Positions 27,213 to 39,223 of a stretch of 64,000 bases of DNA are shown here, piece after piece; position 1 is the first letter of the stretch; the number at the start of each line of letters is the position of its first letter. Source of the DNA: Octopus vulgaris. Its lineage: Eukaryota. A program made the position numbers and the translations under genes. Location of the stretch: contig OX597823.1 in the NCBI GenBank assembly GCA_951406725.2, positions 22,134,001 through 22,198,000 of the forward strand. Direction: 5' to 3'. The notes under the pieces were generated by a model. It was given only the letters and a program-made list of their open reading frames with translations. It was not told where the DNA came from and searched no databases.

Positions 27213-27803
27213 GTCAGGTCACTTTCGAGTGCTACTGATAACATGTATCCCAGTACAGCCTGTTGCATGGTCGGGTCGTCGGCGACTAAACCGGCAACCC
27301 CACCAAGCTTGCTTGGTCAGGAGGGTGTTTATTGGACACCCTGCGGGATGAAAAGCAAAACCCGTCAAAGGGCGGAGGAACTCTTGAGAGTCAACGGCCA
27401 TCCAATAAATGTCTTAAGGCTGTATCATGTGCGGGGACATAAAAATAATCGGACTGAATACCCGATCGCGCGATTAAACCATTGGGAATGAAGGACTCCT
27501 AGTCTTTGTTAGGGCATCCGTCTAGGAGAAGGTAACTCAGGTAACTGGGATAACTCCGACATAAAACCTGCGGCTCAGTGGTTACCGATGATGTTGACTA
27601 GTTCTTCTTTTCGGATTATGGCTGCTGCTGCTTAGTGAGTGGGATTGACTCAGTGCACAGCCTTTCCTCACTTTAAAAAAAATATTCTTGCACAGGCATT
27701 GCACTATAACAACATTGATTAAGCTTCGTGCAATGGCCATACTCAATAACGAGGAGGCAGCCACCTCCTTCTTCCATTTTCCTGAGCGCCTAATAATAAT
27801 AAT
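27213..27803 (+). mobile_element. Non-autonomous RTE-type element (5'UTR-like plus 3' tail)
   Basis: Motifs aaaacccgtcaaagggcggagga and ggcatccgtctaggagaaggtaactc resemble RTE 5' UTRs. Ends in (taa)n with no ORF. Confidence 0.5.
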
Positions 27804-27858
27804 ACTGTAATTGTTCCACGTGTTGTTGTTTTTTCTGTTTTCCCTTTTGGATTAACCT

Positions 27859-27944
<86 letters not shown>

Positions 27945-27987
27945 TTATTTATTTATTTATTTATTTATGTATATGCATATATGCATA

Positions 27988-28023
<36 letters not shown>

Positions 28024-28046
28024 GTATATATATACATATATACATG

Positions 28047-28111
<65 letters not shown>

Positions 28112-28845
28112 ATATATACACACACCTTTGCAGTACATTAATTCACCCGTTCGTATAATTGACGTAAATTTGCTACACCCAGTTATATAGCCGAGTCATC
28201 AGTGAATAAACCGACATCGCCACTGGGATGTCCTGCTGAAAAGAGTTACTAGTACCTTAGCGGACTCAAAACAATGTGAATTGTTGAACGCAGCAGATGA
28301 TCAACGACTATCAATCAATGGTTAATGTAGGCGGATATTATTTTTGGAAACTTTGGAAACTGTACTTTGCGAGTTTACGTCATGTTCTATGATATTAAAG
28401 GAGATGTAAGACCATTCAGAATTGTCAACGATGTCAGCAACTGGTTTGATGCATTATACTGCACTTATATATGTTATCTTGTCGTTCCAGTTTGAGTCTG
28501 TGATTAGCTTAAGTGAATATTTTAGAAAGCTTCACCAATGGAAATTTCATGTATAACTTTATATGCTGCCATTGTTAGTACATACTGTCACTCCTGCTGT
28601 TATTCGTTGATTTTTTTCTCCATTATCCGTCCAACACAAACAGGAGTCGATGGAGGCGGTCAAGGTATCTACCTGTCTGGTTCAGTTTATTCTTTCAATT
28701 TGTAAATACATATTGCAAATATCTATCTAAAAAGCTTCTTTTATAGTGAAAATTCAGCAGAAAAATTAGCAAGAAAATATTTATCATACCTGGCTTTCAA
28801 ATCATTCGACTATATACATATACACACCCACCCATACACACATAC

Positions 28846-28962
<117 letters not shown>

Positions 28963-29010
28963 TGTGTGTGTCTGTGTGTGTGTGTATTTATATATGAAAG
29001 TATATTATGT

Positions 29011-29041
<31 letters not shown>

Positions 29042-29169
29042 AGTATGCTCCTTTCGCTGCGAGAGTATTTTTGTCTCTTTCAGATCACAATTGTAACATA
29101 AAACCAGAATTTTTCACAGATGTTCTCCTCCAATCCTTAACATTCCTGTTGTTATACCAGCTTTTTCTG

Positions 29170-29878
29170 GAGCTTATTCTCATTTCAGCACCTTCAAGTA
29201 ATTGCATATTTCAGTGACCAGGTAATCAGGCTGTGTTGCATCTTCTTCCAGTGTGACACTGATGGTTTAAAAAGATTGTTGTAAATGTTTCTCAAACGGT
29301 CACCATCTCACCCAGAAGTATACGCCTTAGCTATCCAGGAACATGAAATAACGACCAAATACCTGATAAACAAGAGGGATAAAGATATCACGAAACCTCT
29401 ACATTGAGATAAGAAAAAATGTCGGTTCTGCTATACCAGTGTGGAAGATATCACTCATATCATCACCAGCTGCTCCAACATTTCTACAAGATACTACCAA
29501 CTCCTGAAGCATGATATTGTTGCAAAGAATATTTACAATACTATCCGCAGGTGAGATTGCTGTGATGTGTACATCAAAGGCATATCAGAATCAGAATGTA
29601 TTCGCACCTTTAAAAGTAAGGAATATTGGTGGAAATATAAAAGGCCTGATATTGTTCTGTGGGATAAAGTGCAAAGACAACGCAATGTTGGAGAGATCAG
29701 GGAATGGGAATCTAGCATAAAAATTCAGGAAAAAATGAAGATTCATGGTGAATTAATGCGGAACTTACAGCTCTGATACCCTGACTATCCATCCAACACA
29801 AAATTCAGCAGAAAAATAAACAATAAAATATTTCTATCATACCTGGCTTTCCAATCATTCGAGTACATACACACACAC

Positions 29879-29931
<53 letters not shown>

Positions 29932-30120
29932 TATATTAATGTATATTATGTAATACACACACACATACACACACACACCCACGCACACACACACACACAA
30001 ATGTGCTCCTTTCGCTGCGAGGGTATTTTTGTCTCTTTCAGATCACAGTTGTAACATAAAACCAGAATTTGTACCTACCGTCATAGGTCAATTAAGCTAT
30101 GTAAGAGAAATGCTAAAAAT
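29170..30120 (+). pseudogene. R4/Dong-like RLE element remnant (CCHC plus PD-(D/E)xK), interrupted at 29790-30065
   Basis: AIQEHEITTKYLINKR, KCRFCYTSVEDITHIITSC..RYY..LKHDIVAK, RPDIVLWDK and EFVPTVIGQLSY. Confidence 0.8.
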
Positions 30121-30568
30121 AGTATTTTGGTATGGGTATATGATGTAGAGAAATTAAAGACGACATAGCAGTGATTTTACTCTGGTTACCCGAGGGTGCA
30201 CATGTATACAGCTATTGTTGAATGCTATTAGTACGCTATTGCGTATATATGTGTAACATTCAACAATTAACAACTGATAATGATTCTTCGAAACAACTGT
30301 AGTGTTTTTTGTAACGAAGCCTTTTCAATATCCAGTAACAAGAGAAGTGCGTGTGTGTGCGCGCGTGCGTGTGTGTGTGCGCGCGTGCGTATATGTGTGC
30401 GCGCGTGCGTGTGTGTGCGCGCGTGCGTGTGTGTGCGCGCGTGCATCTGTGTATGTGTGTGTGTGTGTGTATCTGTGCGCTCGTGCCGTTGTATACACGA
30501 TAGTATCGAACAGTAAGAATGAGTGCTCAACACAGCATTTGGTGGATAAATATACTTGTATATATGTA

Positions 30569-30605
<37 letters not shown>

Positions 30606-30915
30606 ATAAGATCGTTAATTTAATTATCGAGCTTATCAAGTGGCCAGCATGGGAAAAAAAAAACCCTTCAAAGGTAATAATTATTATTAAAACTATAATT
30701 TAGGATATGTAAGAGATACCTCCATGCTGGAAATATCAGCCAAAACCTGACTCTAAAATCACATTAAATTTTCATACCGAACCAGGAGAGAAGACGAAAG
30801 GGCAAGATGAACTAGCAAAAAATTGCTGGATAATTCCAGATCCTGGATTTCTGACTTTGCATAAGAAATGCTTTGCCTCTTCAGTGGAATATACACAGAT
30901 AGTAACATAAATACA

Positions 30916-30978
<63 letters not shown>

Positions 30979-31047
30979 CATACGAATACTTACAGAGCAT
31001 TTCCTTTTTACCTTTCAAAAATTCCAATTGTAAACGGTCGAAACAAA

Positions 31048-31075
31048 CCCGAGCAACGCCGGGCGATACTGCTAG
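31048..31075 (+). mobile_element. Helitron-like 3' terminus
   Basis: GC-rich hairpin cccgagcaacgccggg, an 8-nt spacer, then CTAG|T. Confidence 0.6.
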
Positions 31076-31149
31076 TTTGAAATAGTCTCGGAAGATTATA
31101 CTTCAAAGTTAGTCACTCTAAAGCTATATTATCATTTTAATGCCTTTTA

Positions 31150-31540
31150 GGGCAACTAGATGGTAGAATCGTTTGCAATATGCTTAGCGCTATTTCGTCC
31201 GTCTTTACGTTGGTTTCGACTTTGCTTTTTATCCTTCCGGTGTCAATAAATTAAGTACCAGTTGCGTACTGGGGTCGATCTCACCCCCTCAAAAATTTCA
31301 GGCCTTGTGCTTATCGTAGAAAGGATTATTATTTTAATGCTTTTAGGGCGACGAGCTGGCAGAATCGTTAGCACGCCGGGCAAAATGCTTAGCGGCATTT
31401 CGTCCGTTTTTACGTTCTGAGTTCAAATTCTACCGAGGTCCACTATGCCTTTTATCCTTTCGGGTTCGATAAAATAAATAGCAGTTGAGTACTGGGGTCG
31501 ATGTTATCATCTTACCCCCACCCCGAACTCGAAACCCTTA
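31150..31540 (+). mobile_element. Two tandem family B SINEs
   Basis: Nin domains. The target repeat attttaatg occurs three times (~31133, ~31331, ~31540). Confidence 0.8.
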
Positions 31541-32065
31541 TTTTAATGTCGTTTTGTTAGTTTTGTTTGTCGAATCATTTCAGCAATCAGTACTGAATTG
31601 CTTGTATATTGTCTAAGCATATGTGGGCATGCTAAAAATCATTTGCACAGATTACAGTGAATTTGGTTGTGTATGATGATTGAATGAGTTTGTACTATAA
31701 GATGCGATATTATTTTTGCACATGCAAAATCTAGATGATGTATTCTTTCAAATAGATTTTTTTTTCAACTTCAGATAAGGTAATTATGTTGGTGATAAAT
31801 GGATTAGCAGTTAATCTGATGTAATCTATGCTGGCCTGATTAATGGTAAACTTGGCTACAATTCAGTAAATAACTGATTTGTCAAGGCAATTAGTAATGA
31901 CAGAACATAAGTTTGCTGAATCGTAATTGTATCATAAAGTAATATTACTTTTCGGGTTTTGGAAATTCAAATTAGCCGTTACTTTTATTATTAGTGTATG
32001 ATAAGGTAGTAAAGTAGTTTGTAAATCTGAGCAAATTGCTCTCTCTCTCCCTATCCCTCTCTCTC

Positions 32066-32098
<33 letters not shown>

Positions 32099-32377
32099 AT
32101 TTCTGAACATAGACACACACACACATTCATAACTACCCGTTTTCCTTATTTCTTTCTCTCCCTCATTGTACCTTGCTCTCTCACCTCCTCTCTCAATATG
32201 TCTATTGATATTTGCATGTATCTGTTAAGTCTCACCACACTGAGGGACATTTGTTATCTTTATTTTAAGAATTATAGATATCTTGCTGAACACATTTAGT
32301 GGTAACTGCATATTTTGTACAGTATCCTGTTTGCTGAAATATTGAACAGAGAAGCGCGGTATTATATTGTTCATCTG

Positions 32378-32730
32378 AAGGTGGCAGAAAGGTTAGCACA
32401 CCGGGCGAAGTGCTTAGCGGTATTTCGTCTGTCTTTACGTTCTGAGTTCAAATTCCACCGAGGTCGACTTTGTCTTTCATCCTTTCGGGGTCGATAAATT
32501 AAGTACCAGTTACGCACTGGGGTCAATGTAATCGACTTAATCCGTTTGTCTGTCCTTGTTTGTCCTCTCTGTTTTTAGCCCCTTGTGGGTAGTAAAGAAA
32601 TAGGTATTTCGTCTGCCTTTACGTTTTGAGTTCAAATTCCACAGAGGTCGAATTTGTCTTTCATCCTTTCGGGGTCGATAAATTAAGTACCAGTGAAACA
32701 CTGGGGTCGATGTAATCGACTAACCCCCCC
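32378..32730 (+). mobile_element. Family B SINE dimer
   Basis: Head, Nin domain and tail, then a second unit restarting at ggtatttcgtctg. Confidence 0.85.
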
Positions 32731-33510
32731 CCACACACACACACACAAATAGCAGTTGAGAACTGCTCTGTATGAGGAAGGGAGATAATCTCAAGAATCA
32801 AAGCTGACATGCTATTAAGGAAAAGGACAGGCTTATTGTCTGGAAATAAGAGAATAGCGGGGGACATGTATCGTGCCTGTTAGTGAAAAGGACTATATTG
32901 TTCATCTGTGTTATTTTATGTGTTATCAGCACGTGAGCTCTTGCTCCTGATTTAAGTTTTGATTTTAGTAGCTCAAAATAGAATCAAATTTCTAAGGAGA
33001 ATTTCGCGAAAGTCATAAACATTTGTTGTCGTTATTGCTATTGTTTTTGTTGTTTCTTATCCTGACAAAACGTCATTAAGTATGTTACTGTCGTTGTTTA
33101 ACATTTTGTTTAATCATTAATTATTTGATATTTTCTTTGCTCCACCGTATTTAAGTACTGCTCTTTGCGTTGGGGTAATGGGAAGAGAAGTTCACTATAG
33201 TAGTGGCAGCGTCTCAAGCACAAACAATTTCTGAATAAAATATTGTCACAGATTTTTTCAAAAAGGAAAACAGCATAAAAAAGAAAAAAAAAAACCTAAC
33301 ACAAAGGAAGCAGAGACGGAAGAAAATATAATAACTTAGTAACAGAAATCGTTGACAATAATGTCAAATTACAACATGCTACTCTCCCTTATTGGTTATT
33401 TCATATAACATCTTTCATATAATTTTGGCAAGCTGCTACTGATCTTATGTAAACAGTAGAAGTTATTTATTTTTAGACATGTAAAATGGCTTCTTAAATA
33501 GTACTACTAT

Positions 33511-33548
<38 letters not shown>

Positions 33549-33791
33549 CACTCATACGCACACACACACACACATGTGTATGCATATGTGTATATATGTA
33601 CATGTACCTAAGTATATATATATATGATTTAACAAAAGTGAGCTAAGAGAAGTAACTCAGAGCTGGCGATGGCATGGCATTTATTTGAACAACAGACAAA
33701 TGCAAGTATGTGAAGTACCATACTGCTTAAGTTATTGATATATTGAAAATTTTTCCGCGTTTAGAAGATATGTCGTAATTAGAAAATAGTA

Positions 33792-35058
33792 TTAGGTCGT
33801 AAAGTATGAAATTTGTAGAAAACCAAAAAAAAGTTTGCTAATGTTTTATAAATACAAGGAAAAGTATGCACCCATGTTGCCAATACACTTTTGCCATAAC
33901 AGCGGTAGCTTGTTCAACCGGGAACTGAAAAAGCTTAAGAATCTAGAGTCAATAAAATCTTTGAAGGCCTGTTTTACAGCATCGTTGGAATTAAATTTTT
34001 TCCCCATAAAAGAGTAATCCGAATTCTGGAAGAAGTGACAGTCAGTTAGGAGCAAGATCAGGTGAGTATGATGGATAATGGAGAATTTCCAACTCCAACT
34101 CCGGTAGTTTCGCCAATGCCATTTTTGCGTTGTCTTGCAATAACATAGGAGTGGATCTGTTGACTAATCTAGGCTGGGTTTTTTTTGTAAGTTTTTGCGT
34201 CATATGGTCCAGTTGGCTGCAGTACACTTCGGCCGTGATTGATGAACCAGCTTTAATGAAATCATAATGAATCCCACCTGCGCCAGACCACCAAACACAC
34301 ACCGTCAGCTTCTTTTGATGAATTTTTCTTTTGGACTGTGTTTTGGTGGCTCGTTTCTGTCCAACCATTGTGCTGAACGTTTACCGTTGTTGTATTGGAT
34401 CCATTTCCCATCACATGTTACAATTCAATTCAAAAATTATTCATTTTCGTGACGAGAAAGTAGCATAATACAAGCTTCTAAACATTGATATTTCTGGTTT
34501 TCATTGAGTTCATGTGGAACCCACTTATCCAACTTTTTCACCTTACCGATTTGAACTAGATGAGTCAGTATTGCTTGCTTGCTAACACGCTAACACCAAA
34601 CAACAACGATAATTCACGGGCACTTTGAGATGGATCTGACTAGACGGTGGATTTCAGTTCGTCATTTTCCACCTTTGTTTCTGGTCGACTGCGTTGCCAT
34701 ATGTGAGGTCAAAATTACCAGAATGAAATTTCGCAAACCAATTTGATACTGTCTGCTGTGTTAGACATTAGAATGAAATACTCCATTAATATTCCGAGCT
34801 GTCTGTGATGCTGTATTTCCAAGAAAGAACTCATATTTTAATACTGTACGAATTTTCGACTAATTCATCTCTAAACAAAAACAGCAAAAAACGATTCATG
34901 AATACTTTATAAAGAACAAAATAAGTTAGAATAAAGAAATAGATGTGTCAGCTTTCTAACAAAAAATAAAGATTGTCAAAATATAATAATGGCGCAAACT
35001 GAGCAGCTGTCAAAGTTTACTATATACCTTACTACAAATTTCATACTTGACGATCTAA
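33792..35058 (-). mobile_element. Full-length but degenerate mariner transposon (~1.27 kb)
   Basis: TIRs ttaggtcgtaaagtatgaaatttgtag and ctacaaatttcatacttgacgatctaa. Broken transposase with WVPHEL, TCDGKWI, LLQDNA and YSPDLAP motifs. Confidence 0.92.
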
Positions 35059-36003
35059 GAAAGGCTCGGTATAAGAAAGCGAGATAATCACAAAAATCAA
35101 AGCAGCCATGCAATTAAGGAAAAGTACATGCTTATCGTCTGGAAATAAGAGAATAGTGGGGGACATGTATTTCTGCATCTACAGGCGCCATTAGCACGAC
35201 AATTTTTCTATCTTATTCCCAGTAATCAAGGCACATAAACACAAAAAAGAACCAAAAACTATACAAAAAAGATTAGATTAAGTCCTTAAATGTTGGTACG
35301 CTCATGGGTGAAACGCCGTCAATCAAACATCTATTTAATCAGGGATGACTTTAGGTTAAACGATAGCAACAACAATATTTCAATATCTGTTATCAGTTTT
35401 GTATTATAAAGTGTATTTTAAATATTCCCCTTGCTGCCCTAGTTTCTCAAATTCTTTCATCTAACTTATTTCTGATATTTATTCCAATCCTATACGCATT
35501 CCTAATGAGATCTTATAATTGTGCCTCGTTTTTTTTTCTTTCATTCTAGAATGCTGTATCCTATTTTGTTCGTTATTCATGAATGTTTCTTGAATTGACT
35601 TAGTTCTAATTCCTATGGCTTGTACAATTTCTCTTTTTACTATGAAGTTTTCAAAGATTTTTTTCGTTTTTTTTTTATTTGCTACTTATACTTTCATTTG
35701 GAAAGAAAATTCTTCCTACTTTGCTCTTTTACCAATTGTAAAAACATTTTCGACGTCGTTATCTTTTGCAGAAAGTCTTCAAGTCATCTAAACGGAAATG
35801 CATAGTAATCCATTTTCTTTGAACATACTAAGCAGTGATGTTAGGGATAAACAAACGAAGAGCAGTAAGGTATGGCCTTCGAATATTTTTATCCACAAAT
35901 GGATATAACGTAACTAAACATATTTTGATATGTACGGTTATTTTCCATTTTACCAGACTTTATTTAATATTCTTAACAAATAATCACACCCTTTTATTTA
36001 TTT

Positions 36004-36213
36004 ACTCTTACTCTCTCTTTTACTTGTTTCAGTCATTTGACTGCGGCCATGCTGGAGCACCGCCTTTAGTCGATCAAATAGACCCCGGGACTTATTCTTT
36101 GTAAGCCCAGTACTTATTCTATCGGTCTCTTTTTGCCGAACCGCTAAGTGACGGGGACGTAAACAGACCAGCATCGGTTGTCAAACAATGCTAGGGGGAC
36201 AAACACAGACACA

Positions 36214-36275
<62 letters not shown>

Positions 36276-36441
36276 TACGACAGGCTTCTTTCAGTTTCCG
36301 TCTACCAAATCCACTCACAAGGCATTGGTCGGCCCGGGGCTATAGCAGAAGACACTTGCCCAAGATGCCACGCAGTGGGACTGAACCCGCAACCATGTGG
36401 TTGGTTAGCAAGCTACTTACCACACAGCCACTCCTGCGCCT
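36004..36441 (-). mobile_element. Family A SINE, full length
   Basis: Reverse-complement match to family A. Confidence 0.9.
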
Positions 36442-36667
36442 ATTTAGTAATTTATTTTCCTCATTATTGTTTAATACAACTAGTAAGTAATTAATGCACC
36501 TAATTATTGCTTAATAATATAGCTAATAATTGTTTATATGTTTAATGTTCAATAAACTTAATTATTGCATAATAAGCCTCATTAATACTTAAAATAGCTA
36601 ACTATACTAATTATTCTTTAACGTGGCTAAATGTTTATTAATGTACCCAGTTAAAATCAAATATGCC

Positions 36668-36885
36668 TAATTAAAATAGCCATCTTTGTATCATACTTAA
36701 TGTCGATAGGCCAGTTAATGCAGTGTTTGTCTTGGAAAAACATGTCTTAACAGACTTGTTGGCATTTCTCGTGGTTTTAAGACATCAAATCCATACCAGA
36801 TGTTTTCTCAGGACAAATACGGCAATCGCTGGCCTATCGACATTGTGTACACGTTAAGTATGATATATAGATGTATATTTTAATT
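36668..36885. repeat. ~220-bp fold-back / MITE-like inverted repeat
   Basis: taattaaaata..catct..tatcatacttaatgtcgataggccag..tgtttgtcttggaaaaacat pairs with atgttttctcaggacaaatac..ctggcctatcgacatt..ttaagtatgata..agatg..tattttaatta. Confidence 0.8.
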
Positions 36886-37499
36886 AAATAGCGTCTTATT
36901 GCTTACACATGATACATAATTAATATTTATTGTATCTGATTATACTTAAAGCACTTCACACAACGTTAATGATTCCAGATCCAGTCAAAGGATATTTGTC
37001 ATACTCTCACCAATCAATGCCTTGCTTAAGTATGATGTTTTTCTTTGTATTTTTTTATCACATTTTTACGTTTACTATATGCTTCTGCTACAATTAACAT
37101 GCCTGACATCAGTAATTTTGTTCGTTTGGTAAAATATTGCAAACCTGGGATATTCTCTTCCAGATTTGCAGTTATTCTGGTCAAGAGTACAGATTGGAGT
37201 AAGGAGTTGATATTTATTCAAGGGAAAGGAATAATTCTATGACTCGGTAGGATGCATATCTAACTGCAAGAACGTTCTTTTGCCTTTTATGGAAGTGATC
37301 CATCTATAAAATAGTGTGTGACCCTCTCTAAAAGAAACGATTAAGACTTACAGACAAGCTGTATGAATTTAAACTATTGCCTCAGAGTAATTAACTTCAA
37401 TGTTTTAATTGCTATGTATAATAATTGTTCATACATGTTCGTGCACAGTATTATGCATCGCCATAGTTCGATGAAGTCTACACTGGAGGATAGAATTAG

Positions 37500-37730
37500 G
37501 ACAGAAATTAGAGATTGTGCAACAGTTCAGTTACTTGGAAGCAATCATTAAAGATAAAATGTCAAAAGTCTAAAATCCTCGCAAGAAGCACACAGACAAT
37601 GAATGCACTAACTAAATTCAGAACAACATGGAGAGACAGGAACACCACTATCAAGAACAAAAGCCGACTTCTTCGTACACTGGTATACTCTACTTCCTTG
37701 TAAGCTTGCGAGACTCTGACTGAGCCAAAT
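37500..37730 (+). pseudogene. RTE-clade LINE ORF fragment
   Basis: FSYLEAII..ILARSTQTMNALTKFRTTWRDRNTTIKNKSRLLRTLVYS..ACET, the RTE post-RT region. Confidence 0.75.
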
Positions 37731-38145
37731 AGATTGCTTTACATTAATCATTGAAGCTCGCTGAGAAATGAGTACAAATTCCGTCGAGGTAAGTTTTCTT
37801 TCCATATTTCGAGGTTTATAATGCCGCTAGGATCGACTTTGCCTTTCATCCTTTCGGGGTTGATAAAAGAAGAACCATTTGAATCGATTTCTCCCTCCCT
37901 TAAAATTACTGGCCTTGGGCCAAAATATGAAACCAATATTTCGAGGTTTGTAAAAAAATCTATTCTAACTCTGAACTGGATCGATTCCTGTCCTACACCA
38001 CTCTTTCTATCGGTGTAACTGTAGTTAAACCTGTAGAGGAGTTGTCTTCGTTGGGCCCCAAAGATGACTAAGATACGTTGTATATAATGATAGTGACTGG
38101 AAGACATTATCAAAGAGTGCAGGTCCTACGGCAAGATATGAAAGC

Positions 38146-38235
<90 letters not shown>

Positions 38236-38415
38236 ATCTGTCTGTCTCTCTGCCTGCCTGTCTGTCTGTCTATTTATCTATGTACATACTCGTTTATCCG
38301 CCTCCAAAAATTTCGCCATAAAATTCGCTTCGCTGTTAGATCAGAAGCTATCACTATTAAATATGGCATAAAATCAGGATCATTACCCTGATAGTAGTAT
38401 TTAATAATAATAATG

Positions 38416-38506
<91 letters not shown>

Positions 38507-39185
38507 AACAACAACAACAATAATAACAATATTAACAACAACAGCAAATATAATAACGACACCTTTGAGATAATGCCCGTAGCTGCAACTTTCATATTAT
38601 CTCTAAGAATAGGGAGAAGGTGACGGTGTTGTTTTTAAGTATAATTCCAATGCGCTGATGTTTAAACCCCACAAAAGCTCCTGGTAAAATGTTGATAATG
38701 AAAAATGGAGTTAAATACGATAAAAAATGAATATATAAAATAATAAGCCTATGGAGAAGAGGGAACAATTCAAAAATATATACTAGAGGGTAAATGAGCA
38801 GTTATGCAACGAGTGAGAAAAGAAGTGGGGGAGATTAGCGAATGGTTAAAATACTTAAAAGGGCATGGGACAAGTGCGTCAGTTATTAAAATGGTGAATT
38901 TTCTGGGCGAATTATGACAGGGAAGTTGTAGTATTTAAGGAGGCAAGGAATAAACAAGGTAAGTAAGATTATAGAAGATTATAGAAGATTATTTAAGATT
39001 ATAGAAGTAATTTGTTTTATATTTCATCTTTTGGGCTCTCACTCTTTAACAGGCCGTAACCTGAGGATTGTAAGGAATATACACACGTAAGCCATTTAAC
39101 TATGCATACGTTTTCCGATTTATACACATCATGCATAGTGCACATATTCATATAACTAAATTTTTATTTAAATGTACGTGTATAT

Positions 39186-39223
39186 AGGCGTAGGAGTGGC
39201 TGTGTAATAAGAAGCTTGCTTCC
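39186..39223 (+). mobile_element. 5' head of a family A SINE split by two insertions (resumes at 41814-41960)
   Basis: ggcgtaggagtggctgtgtaataagaagcttgcttcc. The SINE continues as aagaagcttgcttcccaaccatatgg at 41814. Confidence 0.9.
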
